Source of the DNA: Terriglobia bacterium
GTDB taxonomy: Bacteria > Acidobacteriota > Terriglobia > 20CM-2-55-15
Assembly: GCA_965198225.1 (NCBI GenBank)
Contig: CBDAOY010000008.1
Location: 544,001-608,000 of the forward strand
Reading direction: 5' to 3'
DNA: 64,000 nt
Numbering within the stretch: the stretch's first letter is position 1; every line of letters starts with the position of its first letter. The translations under genes were made by a program, and so were the position numbers. This document shows positions 1 through 10,001 of this stretch, piece after piece. The notes below the pieces were generated by a model. It did not search any database. It saw nothing but the letters and a program-made list of their open reading frames with translations, and was not told where the DNA came from.

Positions 1-314
1 CCGTTTACGCCCACGTAGCTCAGGACGCAAGCTACTTCACAGGGGTCGCGGTTATCAATCCCCACAGCCAGCCCGCGGAGGTGGTCGTGTCTGTGTTTGA
101 GAGTTCGGGTGTGCAGGTCGGAGGCGGGACACGCTTGATCCTGGGCAACTCCAGAATCTCGGAGGTGCTCCCGCAGATCGACCCGGAGCTTTCAGCTATG
201 AGTAGCGGCTACTTCACCGTGACGTCGGACCGACCGGTCCTGGGCTTTGCCGTGTTCGGGACGCACTCGCTTTCGGTTCTATCCGCAATCCCCTCGCAAG
301 CCGCCTTGCCTTGA
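1..314 (+). CDS. 3' end of a secreted/surface protein (partial)
   Basis: Frame open from the window start: VYAHVAQDASYFTGVAVINPHSQPAEVVVSVF...; same beta-rich module type as the partial gene at 63475. Confidence 0.75.
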   Translation, partial: VYAHVAQDASYFTGVAVINPHSQPAEVVVSVFESSGVQVGGGTRLILGNSRISEVLPQIDPELSAMSSGYFTVTSDRPVLGFAVFGTHSLSVLSAIPSQAALP

Positions 315-426
315 ATGCGCCAGCTCATCGGTCACTGAATCGAGAACGCATCTTCTCGGCACCGTTTTTCCCTCCCTCTGCGTGAGCCATCGGGCACGGT
401 TCGTTAAGCAGAAACGAACCGCAAAG

Positions 427-485
427 GAGCCACTGTGAGGGGGACAGGGGCCTGGCCCTGTCCCCGGGTGTTTGCTAAGCAGAAA
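427..485. repeat. REP family A (GGGGACAGGG-GCCTGG-CCCTGTCCCC hairpin), copy 1
   Basis: 10-bp perfect stem; near-identical copies at 17343-17394 (inverted) and 21851-21910. Confidence 0.9.
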
Positions 486-552
486 CGTCTGGGAACGATG
501 GGCTCTCGGGTGTTTGCTCAAGCAGAAAACTTCGGGAACGAGGGTCCCGCTT

Positions 553-1695
553 TCAGACGTGGGAATGGGCGTGCATCACGGCGTCGACGATCGTGTCGAC
601 CTGGCTCGGATCGAGCGACGCGTAGAGCGGCAGGGTCAGCTCACGGGCACCAAATTCTTCAGTCAGCGGCAGGCGGACCGCCGGGAAACGCCTCCGTATC
701 GCACTGAGCTGATGGACGGGCCGGTAGTGGATGCTCGTCTGGATCCCCTGATCGCGTAGATCAGTTTCCATCTGGTTTCGTTCGTTCTCGCTCGACAGAA
801 CGATCGGGTAGATGTGGTAGGCAGGGACGCTGTCGGGGTGGGCGGCTTGGAACGGAATCGCCCAGCCCGCGGGGGCGTTTCCGAAGCCCTCGTTATACCG
901 GGAGGCCAGCCCAGCGCGCCTTCGGTTGATGTCGGGGAGCTTCCTCAACTGCGCCAGCCCCAAGGCGGCGCGGATGTCGTCGAATCGAAAGTTGAAGCCG
1001 ATCTCCACGACGTCGTAGTGCGCCGGACGACCCTTGTCGCGATCCCAGCTGTTGGTCGTCATGCCGTGGGATCGGAGAAGACGCAGCAGTTCGGCCAGTT
1101 CCGGATCGTTGGTTGTAACGACCCCTCCTTCGGCGGTGGTGATGTTCTTGTTGCCGAAAAGGCTGAAGCACCCGGCTGCACCGAAGCTGCCGCAGGGGCG
1201 CCCTCCGAAGGAAGCTCCGGGAGCGTGCGCCGCGTCCTCGACGATTCGCAGATTTCTGGAGGAAGCCAGGTCCATCAGGGCACCCATGTCGCACGGAACG
1301 CCGGCGTAGTGAACCGGCAGGATCGCCGCCGTGTTCGGGGTGACCTTTCTGGCCGCATCGGCCGGGTCGATCGTCGGCCGGTCCAGGCTGGTGATGTCGA
1401 CGAACACCGGTATCGCACCGCAGTGGAGAATTGCCGATGCCGTGGCAACGAACGTCAGGGAAGGGCAGAGAACTTCATCGCCGGGCCCGACGCCGATCGC
1501 CTTTAGAGCAAGGATGAGCGCTGCGGTGCCGTTCGACACCGCGACCGCTTCCCGGGTGCCGCAGAGTTCGGCGAAGGCCCGCTCGAACGCCTGTGTTCTC
1601 GGACCGGACGTAATCCAGTTCGACTCGATGGCTTCGATCGCGCCGGCCAGCTCGTCGCCGTCAAACTCTAGTTCCGACAGTCTCGCGTTCCACAT
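553..1695 (-). CDS. DegT/DnrJ/EryC1/StrS PLP-dependent sugar aminotransferase
   Basis: SNGTAAL, IVEDAAHA, FSLFGNKNITTAEGG motifs. Confidence 0.95.
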   Translation of the reverse strand: MWNARLSELEFDGDELAGAIEAIESNWITSGPRTQAFERAFAELCGTREAVAVSNGTAALILALKAIGVGPGDEVLCPSLTFVATASAILHCGAIPVFVDITSLDRPTIDPADAARKVTPNTAAILPVHYAGVPCDMGALMDLASSRNLRIVEDAAHAPGASFGGRPCGSFGAAGCFSLFGNKNITTAEGGVVTTNDPELAELLRLLRSHGMTTNSWDRDKGRPAHYDVVEIGFNFRFDDIRAALGLAQLRKLPDINRRRAGLASRYNEGFGNAPAGWAIPFQAAHPDSVPAYHIYPIVLSSENERNQMETDLRDQGIQTSIHYRPVHQLSAIRRRFPAVRLPLTEEFGARELTLPLYASLDPSQVDTIVDAVMHAHSHV

Positions 1696-2440
1696 CGGGA
1701 TTCAGGAAGGACTGCTCTCGAAGAGGAAAGTCCTCATTGGCCTGTTCGTAGTCCTCGGGGCGTCCGACATCCATCCAATATGAGTCGGCCTCGTACCCCA
1801 CGACATGCGCTCCGTGATCCAGGAGTCGCTGCAGGAGATCGGGAAAGTCGAACCGTGCCGCCTTCGGTATGAAGTCCAGCGCGCGGGGTGCGAACACATA
1901 AATCCCCATGCTTACCAGGTAGTCGCGATCCGGTTTCTCGCGGAATTCGAGGATCTGCCCGTCGGCGCCGGCCTCGATGACTCCGAAGTCCACCGTTTCC
2001 CTCCGGCGGGTCATTCCCACCGTCGCCGTCGCCGTCTTTTCGTAGTGGAAGCGAACGATCTGCCCGAAGTCGACGTCGGTCAACAGGTCGCCGTTGAGGA
2101 CGAGGACACTTCGATCGGTGCGAGGCAGCCGAGCGAGAGGGCCTGCCGTACCCAATGGGGTGGTTTCGTAGGAGTAGCTCAGGTCCAGGCCGAGTTCCTC
2201 GCCGTCCTTGAAATAGGCCTGAATCAGTCCCGACAGATGCCCGACCGCCAGAGTGACATCCCGGAACCCGTAGGCGGCCAGCTGCCGAAGCAGTATCTCC
2301 AGAATGGGGTAATTCCCGACCGGCATGAGTGGTTTCGGAAGCGCGGTGGTGTAGGGCAGCAATCGGGTGCCTCTACCGCCGGCAAGAACCACGACGGGTG
2401 TCTGCTCACAAAGTATGGACATGGAAGATCGATGTTTCAT
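1661..2440 (-). CDS. Sugar-phosphate nucleotidyltransferase
   Basis: LAGGRGTRLLPYT..LPKPL, PLGTAG, LNGD, WMDVG motifs. Confidence 0.93.
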   Translation of the reverse strand: MKHRSSMSILCEQTPVVVLAGGRGTRLLPYTTALPKPLMPVGNYPILEILLRQLAAYGFRDVTLAVGHLSGLIQAYFKDGEELGLDLSYSYETTPLGTAGPLARLPRTDRSVLVLNGDLLTDVDFGQIVRFHYEKTATATVGMTRRRETVDFGVIEAGADGQILEFREKPDRDYLVSMGIYVFAPRALDFIPKAARFDFPDLLQRLLDHGAHVVGYEADSYWMDVGRPEDYEQANEDFPLREQSFLNPDVERETVGTRV

Positions 2441-2625
2441 TGGACCTTATTGCGCACGGGTTTATACGGTTCCAGTGCCAACTTCCGGACATCTATTCAA
2501 ACTATTGGCACCCCAAGACGCCCATCTTCGGCAAGATGAGCGCCGAAATCGCGTGTTACCTACGGCTTGGGTTGCAGGAAAGCGTTCTCTCGCGAACTAC
2601 AGAACCGACTTTCAGTGTGGTCAAG

Positions 2626-2641
2626 GCAACCATCGTGCCAA
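2626..2641 (-). promoter_or_regulatory. sigma54 (-24/-12) promoter for the nucleotidyltransferase-DegT genes
   Basis: Minus strand TTGGCACGATGGTTGC matches the TGGCACG-N4-TTGC consensus exactly. Confidence 0.65.
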
Positions 2642-2830
2642 AGGTCGGGCGGTGTCAGCAGCCAGCGTTCAGCCTTCAGGTACCTCGAAAACGGGACGAT
2701 AGTCCCATCAGATTACGGATTGAGCGGATTAGGTGGATTCAACGGATATTCGAGCGAAATGGAATCTGTCAAATCCGATAAGTCCGGGGCACCCCGATTG
2801 AGCCGATAGCATTGTTACGGTCACTGGCGT

Positions 2831-4492
2831 CTAATTGGATTGTTCCGCCAGCCGGGCTTCGATCAGGCGGCGTATCGCGGTGGCCTGGCGGTTGTACGGA
2901 TGCAGTGCTTGCGCGGTCTCGATCTCGATCAACGCCTCATCCAGTTGGCCTGCGCTAGCGAGGCTCAACCCGAGGCCGACGTGGGGACCGACCTTGTTCG
3001 GACTCAATCGGACCGCGCGCGAGAAGTGTTCCCTCGCGCGCTCCAGATCCGCAGGGTTTCGCCCCTTCTGATACAGCTCCAGAGCGACCTGTCCTGCTTC
3101 GTGCAGGATGCTCGAGTTCCACGGGTTCACTCGGAGTGCCCCTTCCAGGGTGGCTGCAGCCTCTTCGGTCTTCAGTTCTGCGATCTCACTCTGGGCGCGG
3201 TACAGGAGTTCGCCCGAGATGTAGATGAGTGCTGAGGACACGATCACGACGAGGATGATCACGCCGAGTGCCCAGGCGAGTCCTCCCCGCATGCCCGGCG
3301 CCGAAAAGGCCGAACTGCGTCCCGGCGCTTTCGGCGTCCAGACCAGCAACGCCAGCACCGCTACGCCAACCGTGCCGATACTTGCGAAATAGACGTCGAT
3401 GTCGACAAGGTTGTGGACTATCCAGACCAACAGCGCCAGTACGAGATGGGGACGCCGCCCCCACGTCCCGAACAGGGTCTTTCGGTGGCGGGTGATGTAC
3501 AGTCCCAGGGCTATCGCCGCGACGAGGGAAAAGATCCCGAGCTCGGCCAGGAGTTGCACCGGGGTGTTGTGGGCGAACTGCGTTTCGTTGGCTCCCGGTT
3601 GCTGATGTTGCAGGTACAGGACTGCGTACGTGTTCAGACCGCTTCCCAACGGGTGCGAAGCGAAGATCTCCCAGCCGCTCAGCCAGTTTTGCAACCGGAG
3701 CGAGAACGGATTGTAGTTGCCGGGTCGTGCCAGGTAGATTCCACCGCCCAGCAGCCCCGTCAATACGATCGCCACGATGGCCTGCCTCCAGCGTCGCGAT
3801 CCGGAGCGCATGAACATCCAGCCGAGTGCCAGAACCAGCAACCCGAGTGCAGCGCCGTAGGAGCGGGTGAAGACCGTCGCAACCAGAAGCATCCCTACGC
3901 TTCCGACTAACGCCAGGTTCGTGATAGGCCGGCCCGGTCGCCATAGAGCTGCATGCAGGGGCAGGGTGAGAAGAAGGAAGCCCCACAGAGTGCCCGGCAG
4001 GGCGAACGTCGAGTAGACCCGGGCGCTCGCGATCCGTTCGAGCATGGGAACTCGGACGGCGTCTGAGGTGCCCGAGTAGAAGACATAGCTGTACATCTGC
4101 TCCATTCCCCAGAAGAACTGGTAGATCGCGAACGCCGACACGCCCGCCGCGAGCACGACGAGGACCGCGCTCGTCTGCAGTCGGGAATCATAGGGGGAGT
4201 AGACGATGGAGCCGAACAGGCAGTAGTACGCCCAGGCCAGGCCCAGGAACTCCACAGATCGGTAGAAGTCGACAGACATCCAAACCGAATGCCACGAGAG
4301 GAAGGCTGCGCCGGCGAATCCCGCAATCAGGAATCCGGCAGGGACTTCACCCTTGAGCACCAGAATCAGGAACGCAAAACTGGAGGCCAGGATCAGGATC
4401 ATGCGGCCGGAACCGAAAGCTTCCGGCGGCGCCAGGATCACCGCGATCAGAGCCCCGAACACGAGCAGTTGTGCGATTTTCCTGTGATCCAA
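2831..4492 (-). CDS. O-antigen ligase (Wzy_C) family membrane protein with C-terminal TPRs
   Basis: Many TM helices, TRSYG, FAHNTPVQLLAELG conserved His motif, TPR-like C-terminus. Confidence 0.88.
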   Translation of the reverse strand: MDHRKIAQLLVFGALIAVILAPPEAFGSGRMILILASSFAFLILVLKGEVPAGFLIAGFAGAAFLSWHSVWMSVDFYRSVEFLGLAWAYYCLFGSIVYSPYDSRLQTSAVLVVLAAGVSAFAIYQFFWGMEQMYSYVFYSGTSDAVRVPMLERIASARVYSTFALPGTLWGFLLLTLPLHAALWRPGRPITNLALVGSVGMLLVATVFTRSYGAALGLLVLALGWMFMRSGSRRWRQAIVAIVLTGLLGGGIYLARPGNYNPFSLRLQNWLSGWEIFASHPLGSGLNTYAVLYLQHQQPGANETQFAHNTPVQLLAELGIFSLVAAIALGLYITRHRKTLFGTWGRRPHLVLALLVWIVHNLVDIDVYFASIGTVGVAVLALLVWTPKAPGRSSAFSAPGMRGGLAWALGVIILVVIVSSALIYISGELLYRAQSEIAELKTEEAAATLEGALRVNPWNSSILHEAGQVALELYQKGRNPADLERAREHFSRAVRLSPNKVGPHVGLGLSLASAGQLDEALIEIETAQALHPYNRQATAIRRLIEARLAEQSN

Positions 4493-4496
4493 GGGT

Positions 4497-6392
4497 CTAT
4501 TCCTCGACCGGTTGCCTTCCTGCGGGTCGTCCGAGGATCAGAGCCTCGTAGTCGGTCAGGTGTTCGACTCCGCGGTACCGTGCGTCGATTTGTTCGATCT
4601 CATCCAGAAATGACCGACTGAGCTCCAGATTCCCCTCTTCGGCTGCCCAGTCAGCCATTCGTTGGTGAGCGCCGATGTAGTTCGGTTCCAACTCGATGGT
4701 CCGCCTCAGCTCGGCGTAAGCCTCCTCGGCCCTGCCTGTCCGACGAAGCGCCTCCGCGAGGTTCATTCTTGCCTGCGGCAGGAAAGGATCCAGATCCAGA
4801 ACGGCTCGGTTGGCGTCGATCAGTTTGCGGTGGAGGCGCCGCTCCGGCCCGCCCGCTCCGGTTAGCCGGAGGATCAGCGTTTGAGAGATTTCCTGGCGCG
4901 GCGCCAGCCATTGTGGATTGGCCGCCGCGGCCCGATGGAAGAACGTGTCTGCGACGTTCAGAAGGTGCTCGTCGTTGGTATCCCTGAACCGGTCTTTGTA
5001 GACCCTACCCACGTTCGTCAGCAGCACGGAATCGTCGGGCCGCAGGGCGAGGGCGAAGCGGTGGGCTTGTTCGGCGGCATAGAGGTCTCCCTCCGCTCGC
5101 TGCCGATGACCCAGGCTGTCGGAGTAGTAGGCAACACCCGGAACCAGGCTCGACTGGACAAAGAGCACGGCGAGGACGATCCCGGCCAGAACTTTCATCT
5201 CGACTGCATCAGGCCAGCCGATGGCCGTCATCCTCTTCAGGGGACCGCTCGCCAGCGAAACGGTTGCCAGTGCGGCGATGGCGACCGGCGCCTGGAAGTT
5301 ATTGTCGACCGCGGCATGGAGACACAGCCCAGCCATCGTCAACAGCGCCGCGCGCTCGAGAAACATGGCTTCCGGGGGCACGGTCCGAGGGCGGGCGACG
5401 GCGAGGAAGAAATAGGCCAACAGCGCGATCAACACGAGCGTTGCCGGAATGCCGATCTCCGCCGCGTAGTGCAGGTACTCCGAGTGAGCAATCGAGGCCC
5501 TCTTCATAAACCGACCTATCGCGTTTTCGGTCGGGAATCGGTGTCTCCGCGCGGCGTCTTCGTAACGCGACAGCCCTACGCCGAGTACAGGGTTTTCAGT
5601 GATCATCTCGGCCGTACTCATCCAGATGCTGCTGCGCTGGTAATTGTACGGGTCCACCTCGCCCCGATCGGTGAACTTGCCGACCAGACCGGGATTGGAA
5701 ACTGCGACGACAATCAGCCCGGCAGCGATCACCGCGGCACCGACCAGTGCCGACCTGCGGGGGATCACCCAGAGCGCGACGGCTCCGACGCCGACCGCTG
5801 CCAGGGTTGCCCCGCGCGACAACGTTTCCGTGATCCCGTAAAAGAGCAACAGTGCGCTGCCACCGGCCGCCAGGCGCCAGAAGATGTTCTTATGGGAAGC
5901 CGCTATGGCTGCGGCTGCGGCAAGTCCGACCAGGAGATAGGAGGCCAGGTGGTTCTCATTGACGAAACTCCCGCGTAGAGGCCGAGTGCCCGACAGCAGA
6001 GCGAGCGTTAAATGAGCCAGCGTCGCCCCGATAATTACGACGAGCAGCCGGCCCCTCCATGCCGCCGACTGGCGGGCCGCGAATCGCGCCATCGCGAAGA
6101 AGAACAACGCGAAGACGACGTGTTCGTACCAGATCGTGGCTCCGTTGACGTTTCGCCCCGGGCTGGCCCACACCGATATGGCCATCAGGGCCAGTAGCGC
6201 ACCGATCATCAGATAGACCACTCGGGGAAAGTCCGGCGCCACCTCCCGCTTTCGAACGTCCCAGACCGAGAGAGCGACGAGGCCAAACAGGAGAACGCGA
6301 TACAGCAGAAAACTTGCCGGTTCGGTGCCTTCCTGCCCGAGAGGGATGCCGGCAACGAGCAAACCCGCTCCTGCCAGCATCAAGCGATCCAT
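4497..6392 (-). CDS. O-antigen ligase (Wzy_C) family membrane protein with C-terminal TPRs (start uncertain; ORF extends to 6482)
   Basis: GSFVNENHLASYL, TLSRGA, NPVLGVG, IAHSEYLHYAAEIG motifs; TPR-like C-terminus. Confidence 0.88.
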   Translation of the reverse strand: MDRLMLAGAGLLVAGIPLGQEGTEPASFLLYRVLLFGLVALSVWDVRKREVAPDFPRVVYLMIGALLALMAISVWASPGRNVNGATIWYEHVVFALFFFAMARFAARQSAAWRGRLLVVIIGATLAHLTLALLSGTRPLRGSFVNENHLASYLLVGLAAAAAIAASHKNIFWRLAAGGSALLLFYGITETLSRGATLAAVGVGAVALWVIPRRSALVGAAVIAAGLIVVAVSNPGLVGKFTDRGEVDPYNYQRSSIWMSTAEMITENPVLGVGLSRYEDAARRHRFPTENAIGRFMKRASIAHSEYLHYAAEIGIPATLVLIALLAYFFLAVARPRTVPPEAMFLERAALLTMAGLCLHAAVDNNFQAPVAIAALATVSLASGPLKRMTAIGWPDAVEMKVLAGIVLAVLFVQSSLVPGVAYYSDSLGHRQRAEGDLYAAEQAHRFALALRPDDSVLLTNVGRVYKDRFRDTNDEHLLNVADTFFHRAAAANPQWLAPRQEISQTLILRLTGAGGPERRLHRKLIDANRAVLDLDPFLPQARMNLAEALRRTGRAEEAYAELRRTIELEPNYIGAHQRMADWAAEEGNLELSRSFLDEIEQIDARYRGVEHLTDYEALILGRPAGRQPVEE

Positions 6393-6579
6393 GTAAGGAT
6401 CAATATATCTAGCACTTAAAGGCAGTTGTTTCATCTTTTGATCGAAAGTCCTGTCCGTCCGTCGATTCCTGTCTGACGCCAAGTGCTGAGACGCTGCTTG
6501 TCAGCAAAACTGACAAATTCTGTCACTTCAACGCGGCGTCACGGACGACAAATGGTTCGTTCCTCTCGTTTGGGCCATC

Positions 6580-6601
6580 TGGACTCGCAATTGCAATGCC
6601 A
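6580..6601. promoter_or_regulatory. Two overlapping divergent sigma54-like promoters
   Basis: + strand TGGACTCGCAATTGCA (6580-6595) and - strand TGGCATTGCAATTGC (6601-6587); both are GG-N10-GC and share the GCAATTGC palindrome. Confidence 0.55.
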
Positions 6602-6689
6602 CCGAACGGGTTTAATGCAAGGGTATAACCGCGCCATAGCTTCTACCAAGTGGAACCGACGTCGTAACGTCCTATGGGCGCATGAATAG

Positions 6690-6718
6690 TTGACAGTATT
6701 GTGTCGTCTTTGTAGCAT
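6690..6718 (+). promoter_or_regulatory. sigma70-like promoter upstream of pilin 1
   Basis: TTGACA-17 nt-TAGCAT; GGAGG RBS before ATG 6788. Confidence 0.5.
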
Positions 6719-6787
6719 GCATCCAATCGATTGATTTCATTGGTTGATCAACAGGTTGTAGGACGACCTCAGGGAGGATAATTACAG

Positions 6788-7207
6788 ATGAAGAAGAACC
6801 GTGGCTTTTCGCTTTTGGAGCTCTTGATCGTGGTTGCGATCATTCTGATCATCGCGACCATTGCCATACCGAGTTTGCTCCGTTCCAGACAGGCCGCCAA
6901 TGAGTCCGGTGCAGTCGCTAACCTCCGGACGATCAACACCGCGCAGGTGACGTACATGTCCTCCTCCGGCGGGAGCTACGGCAGTATTGCCGGCCTGCTC
7001 GCCGAGGGTCTGCTCGACACCCGCTTCAACGCCACCGTCGGCGGGTACGACTACGCTATCACTCTGTCGCAGAGCAACACGAACTACGATGCGACGGCGA
7101 CTCCGGCATCCACGAACACCGGGAGGTTTGGTTACTACAGCGGTCCCGATGGCGTTGTACGGTTTTCGAGTGGAACGGGCGTGACCGTCGGCGCACCGGT
7201 GCAATAG
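6788..7207 (+). CDS. pilA: Type IVa pilin 1 (probable major pilin)
   Basis: Class III signal MKKNRG|FSLLELLIVVAII with Glu5; strong RBS. Confidence 0.9.
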   Translation: MKKNRGFSLLELLIVVAIILIIATIAIPSLLRSRQAANESGAVANLRTINTAQVTYMSSSGGSYGSIAGLLAEGLLDTRFNATVGGYDYAITLSQSNTNYDATATPASTNTGRFGYYSGPDGVVRFSSGTGVTVGAPVQ

Positions 7208-7320
7208 AAGCTCGAGTCTTTCCAGTTTCCAGGAGCCCCCGCTTCGCCGAGGAGCGAGGGCTCCTCTGACTCCGCGCTCGTACTCTGCGGACGAACTGTA
7301 TCCGGGGCCGGCTGCATCTT

Positions 7321-7767
7321 ATGAGACTCTCTTCGAACACCCCTCGAGGCTTCTCGCTTCTCGAACTGCTGATCGTCGTCGCGATCATCCTCATCATCGC
7401 GACGATCGCCGTTCCGAGCCTGCTGCGTTCGCGACAGGCCGCGAATGAGTCCGCCGCCGCGGCGAACATGAAATCCATCAACATCGCACAGAATGCCTAC
7501 ATGGCGACCTGGCATGTGTTCGCTACCATGACCCAGCTGGTCGGCGACGGATTGCTCGACACCCGCTTCCAGGGCAATCTTTCCGGCTACCAGTTCGGAA
7601 TTGCAGTCACAGGCAACCAGATGGACTACACCGCGACAGCGACTGCGGTAAACACCACAACGGGCCGGTTTGACTATTACTCGGCCACCGATTTCGTCGT
7701 GCGTTACACAACCCTGGCCGGCCGCGCTCCGTCCGGCATGGCGGGTTTGCCCGTTGTCGGGCAATAG
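7321..7767 (+). CDS. Type IVa pilin 2, paralog of pilin 1
   Basis: PRG|FSLLELLIVVAII; shares LLDTRF, ATAT and TGRF.YYS with pilin 1. Confidence 0.9.
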   Translation: MRLSSNTPRGFSLLELLIVVAIILIIATIAVPSLLRSRQAANESAAAANMKSINIAQNAYMATWHVFATMTQLVGDGLLDTRFQGNLSGYQFGIAVTGNQMDYTATATAVNTTTGRFDYYSATDFVVRYTTLAGRAPSGMAGLPVVGQ

Positions 7768-8062
7768 AACCCTCTCGCTCACTCTTTTTCGTTGATTTCT
7801 GCCTACCGACTGCTTGTCGATTCGTCTAAGTTCCTGTTGCGGCATTCCCTTAGCTGAATTTGCAACAATCCGCGCGAACGCGGTTTCTCAAGTGCATCGC
7901 AAATTTGGCTATCAAAGAATCCGCATTGGAGACTGGTTCATTCGAGATTCGACATTGGCGATTGAAGACACAGTGCCGATGGATTGAGCGGGCCATGCTA
8001 ATTTGAAATCTCGAATCTTCGATCTCGAGTTTCGAATTTTTCAGGGGTAGACTGAGATCGCG

Positions 8063-8719
8063 ATGACTCGAATTATTCTATCGATATTGCTGGTCGGCTT
8101 TGCCGTCCCTGGCGCCGTGGCACAGAGGAGCCCGACGGCCGCGCTCATCGACGGCGTGGAACGCAAGCTCGAACGCATGGAAGACCTCTCGGCGGATTTT
8201 GTTCAAATTTATGAAGATCCATTGAACCGAACCTACCGTGAAGAGGGTCATTTATACCTGAGACGGCCGCGAATGATGCGGTGGGAGTACCGGACGCCCG
8301 AAGAGTATCTCTATGTTTCCGACGGCGAAACCGTGTATCTCTACGTCCCGGCCGACGAGCAGGTGAACCGCGACAGGGTCGACGACTCCTTCGACGACCG
8401 AATACCGCTCATGTTCCTGCTCGGCCGGTCGGAGCTCAGCAGGGAATTCGAAAGAATAGAGTTGTTGTCGCTGCCGGCCAGGGTGGCCGGAGCGAGAGTG
8501 CTCCGAATGTACCCCGCACGCGAGAGTGACGTTGAAGAATTGCTGCTCGAAATCGATCCTGTCAGTTTTGACATCCGGCGCCTTCGGATCGCCCACCGAG
8601 ACGGAGCGCGGACGGACTTCCTCTTCGATGGAATCGAGAGCAACACGGGCCTGGAACGCTCGCTTTTCGATTTTGAAGTGCCTCCCGGCGTCGAACTGGT
8701 CGACGGGATCGGCCAGTAG
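8063..8719 (+). CDS. lolA: Outer-membrane lipoprotein carrier LolA
   Basis: Signal peptide, LSADFVQ, RPRMMRWEY..PE, VSDGETVYLY, F.FEVPPGV. Confidence 0.9.
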   Translation: MTRIILSILLVGFAVPGAVAQRSPTAALIDGVERKLERMEDLSADFVQIYEDPLNRTYREEGHLYLRRPRMMRWEYRTPEEYLYVSDGETVYLYVPADEQVNRDRVDDSFDDRIPLMFLLGRSELSREFERIELLSLPARVAGARVLRMYPARESDVEELLLEIDPVSFDIRRLRIAHRDGARTDFLFDGIESNTGLERSLFDFEVPPGVELVDGIGQ

Positions 8720-8781
8720 CGCTCAGCCTCGAACCAGCCTCGGTTTCCTTCCCCGTATCGCTGCGGCATACCTCCGGGATC

Positions 8782-9990
8782 ATGGAATTTAACTGCAAGT
8801 ACGCCAAGCCCAATGGCGAAGTCGTTCGGGCAGTTCATGTTGGCCAGACCGAGGAAGAGGTCCGTGATCACCTTCAGGAGCAGGGGTTTCTGCCGCTTTC
8901 TATCCAGCGGAGAGGATGGTCGTTGCCGTTTGGGAGCCGGCGAAAACAGACTGGGTTTCGACCGGAGGACTTCGTCGTCTTCAACCAGCAGTTTGTCGCC
9001 CTGATCCGCGCTGGTCTTCCGATACTGCGCTCCCTCGATCTGCTGAAGGGAAGGATTCCTAACCCTCAGCTTCAAGCCCACATCGTATCGGTGCGGGAAA
9101 AAGTCGTGTCAGGCACGTCACTGTCGGATGCTCTGGAGGACGAGCATGTGTTTCCGCGGGTGTACACCGCCTCCGTTTTTGCCGGTGAACGAAGCGGAAA
9201 CCTGGAAGAGGTGATCAACCGCTTCATCCAATACGAGAAAACGGTTCTCACGGCCAGCAAGAAATTCCGCAATTCGTTGATCTATCCCGGTTTCCTGATT
9301 GTCTTATCTATAGTGATGGTCGGGGTGATCCTCGGTTACGTCATCCCCCGATTCGGCGAACTCTACGAAGGCCTGAATACCGCATTGCCGTTGCCGACTC
9401 GGATCCTGATCGCCGTGGCGGAGGCCATCCAGAGCAGCCTGGTGCTGACTGTGCCGCTGCTCATCGGAGGCCTGATCGCGTTTCGATTCTGGTCCGGCTC
9501 GGCCGGTGGGCGAAGTCGGATCGATGACCTGAAGCTGCGGCTGCCGGTACTCGGGAACATCTGGTCGATGTTTGCGATCGCGCAGCTGGCACGGACGCTG
9601 TCGACGCTGCTCAAGGGCGGAATTCCTCTCTTGTCGGCCCTGGAAGTCGCGCACGAGGCGTCCGGCAACCGGGTGATCGCGGACGCGATCACAGCGGGGA
9701 CGATCAGCGTGAGGGAAGGGTTGTCTCTGGCGGACGGCCTCGAATCGACAGGTCGGTTTCCCGATCTTGCTCTGGAGATGATTCGGGTCGGGGAACAGAC
9801 CGGGTCTCTGCCGGATATGCTCAATCACGTGGCGGATTTCTACGATGAGGACGTCGACTTGCGCTTGACCGCGCTCCTGAGTTGGGTCGAGCCGATCATC
9901 CTGGTTTTTGTTGCGGTCTTTGTGGCGGTGATCCTGGTGTCCCTGTACCTGCCGATCTTCAGCATCGGGTCCAGGGCCTTGCCGTCGTAG
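8782..9990 (+). CDS. pilC: Type IV pilus platform protein PilC (T2SS F family)
   Basis: Duplicated T2SSF domains (AGLPILRSL/GERSGNL; GGIPLLSAL/GEQTGSL). Confidence 0.93.
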   Translation: MEFNCKYAKPNGEVVRAVHVGQTEEEVRDHLQEQGFLPLSIQRRGWSLPFGSRRKQTGFRPEDFVVFNQQFVALIRAGLPILRSLDLLKGRIPNPQLQAHIVSVREKVVSGTSLSDALEDEHVFPRVYTASVFAGERSGNLEEVINRFIQYEKTVLTASKKFRNSLIYPGFLIVLSIVMVGVILGYVIPRFGELYEGLNTALPLPTRILIAVAEAIQSSLVLTVPLLIGGLIAFRFWSGSAGGRSRIDDLKLRLPVLGNIWSMFAIAQLARTLSTLLKGGIPLLSALEVAHEASGNRVIADAITAGTISVREGLSLADGLESTGRFPDLALEMIRVGEQTGSLPDMLNHVADFYDEDVDLRLTALLSWVEPIILVFVAVFVAVILVSLYLPIFSIGSRALPS

Positions 9991-10001
9991 TTGTCACGAA
10001 A

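Noticed and set aside
6788-7767. Electrically conductive (e-)pilins
   Set aside because: Pilin 1 has about 11 aromatic residues in 133 and a long aromatic-free gap from F1 to Y50, unlike Geobacter-type e-pilins
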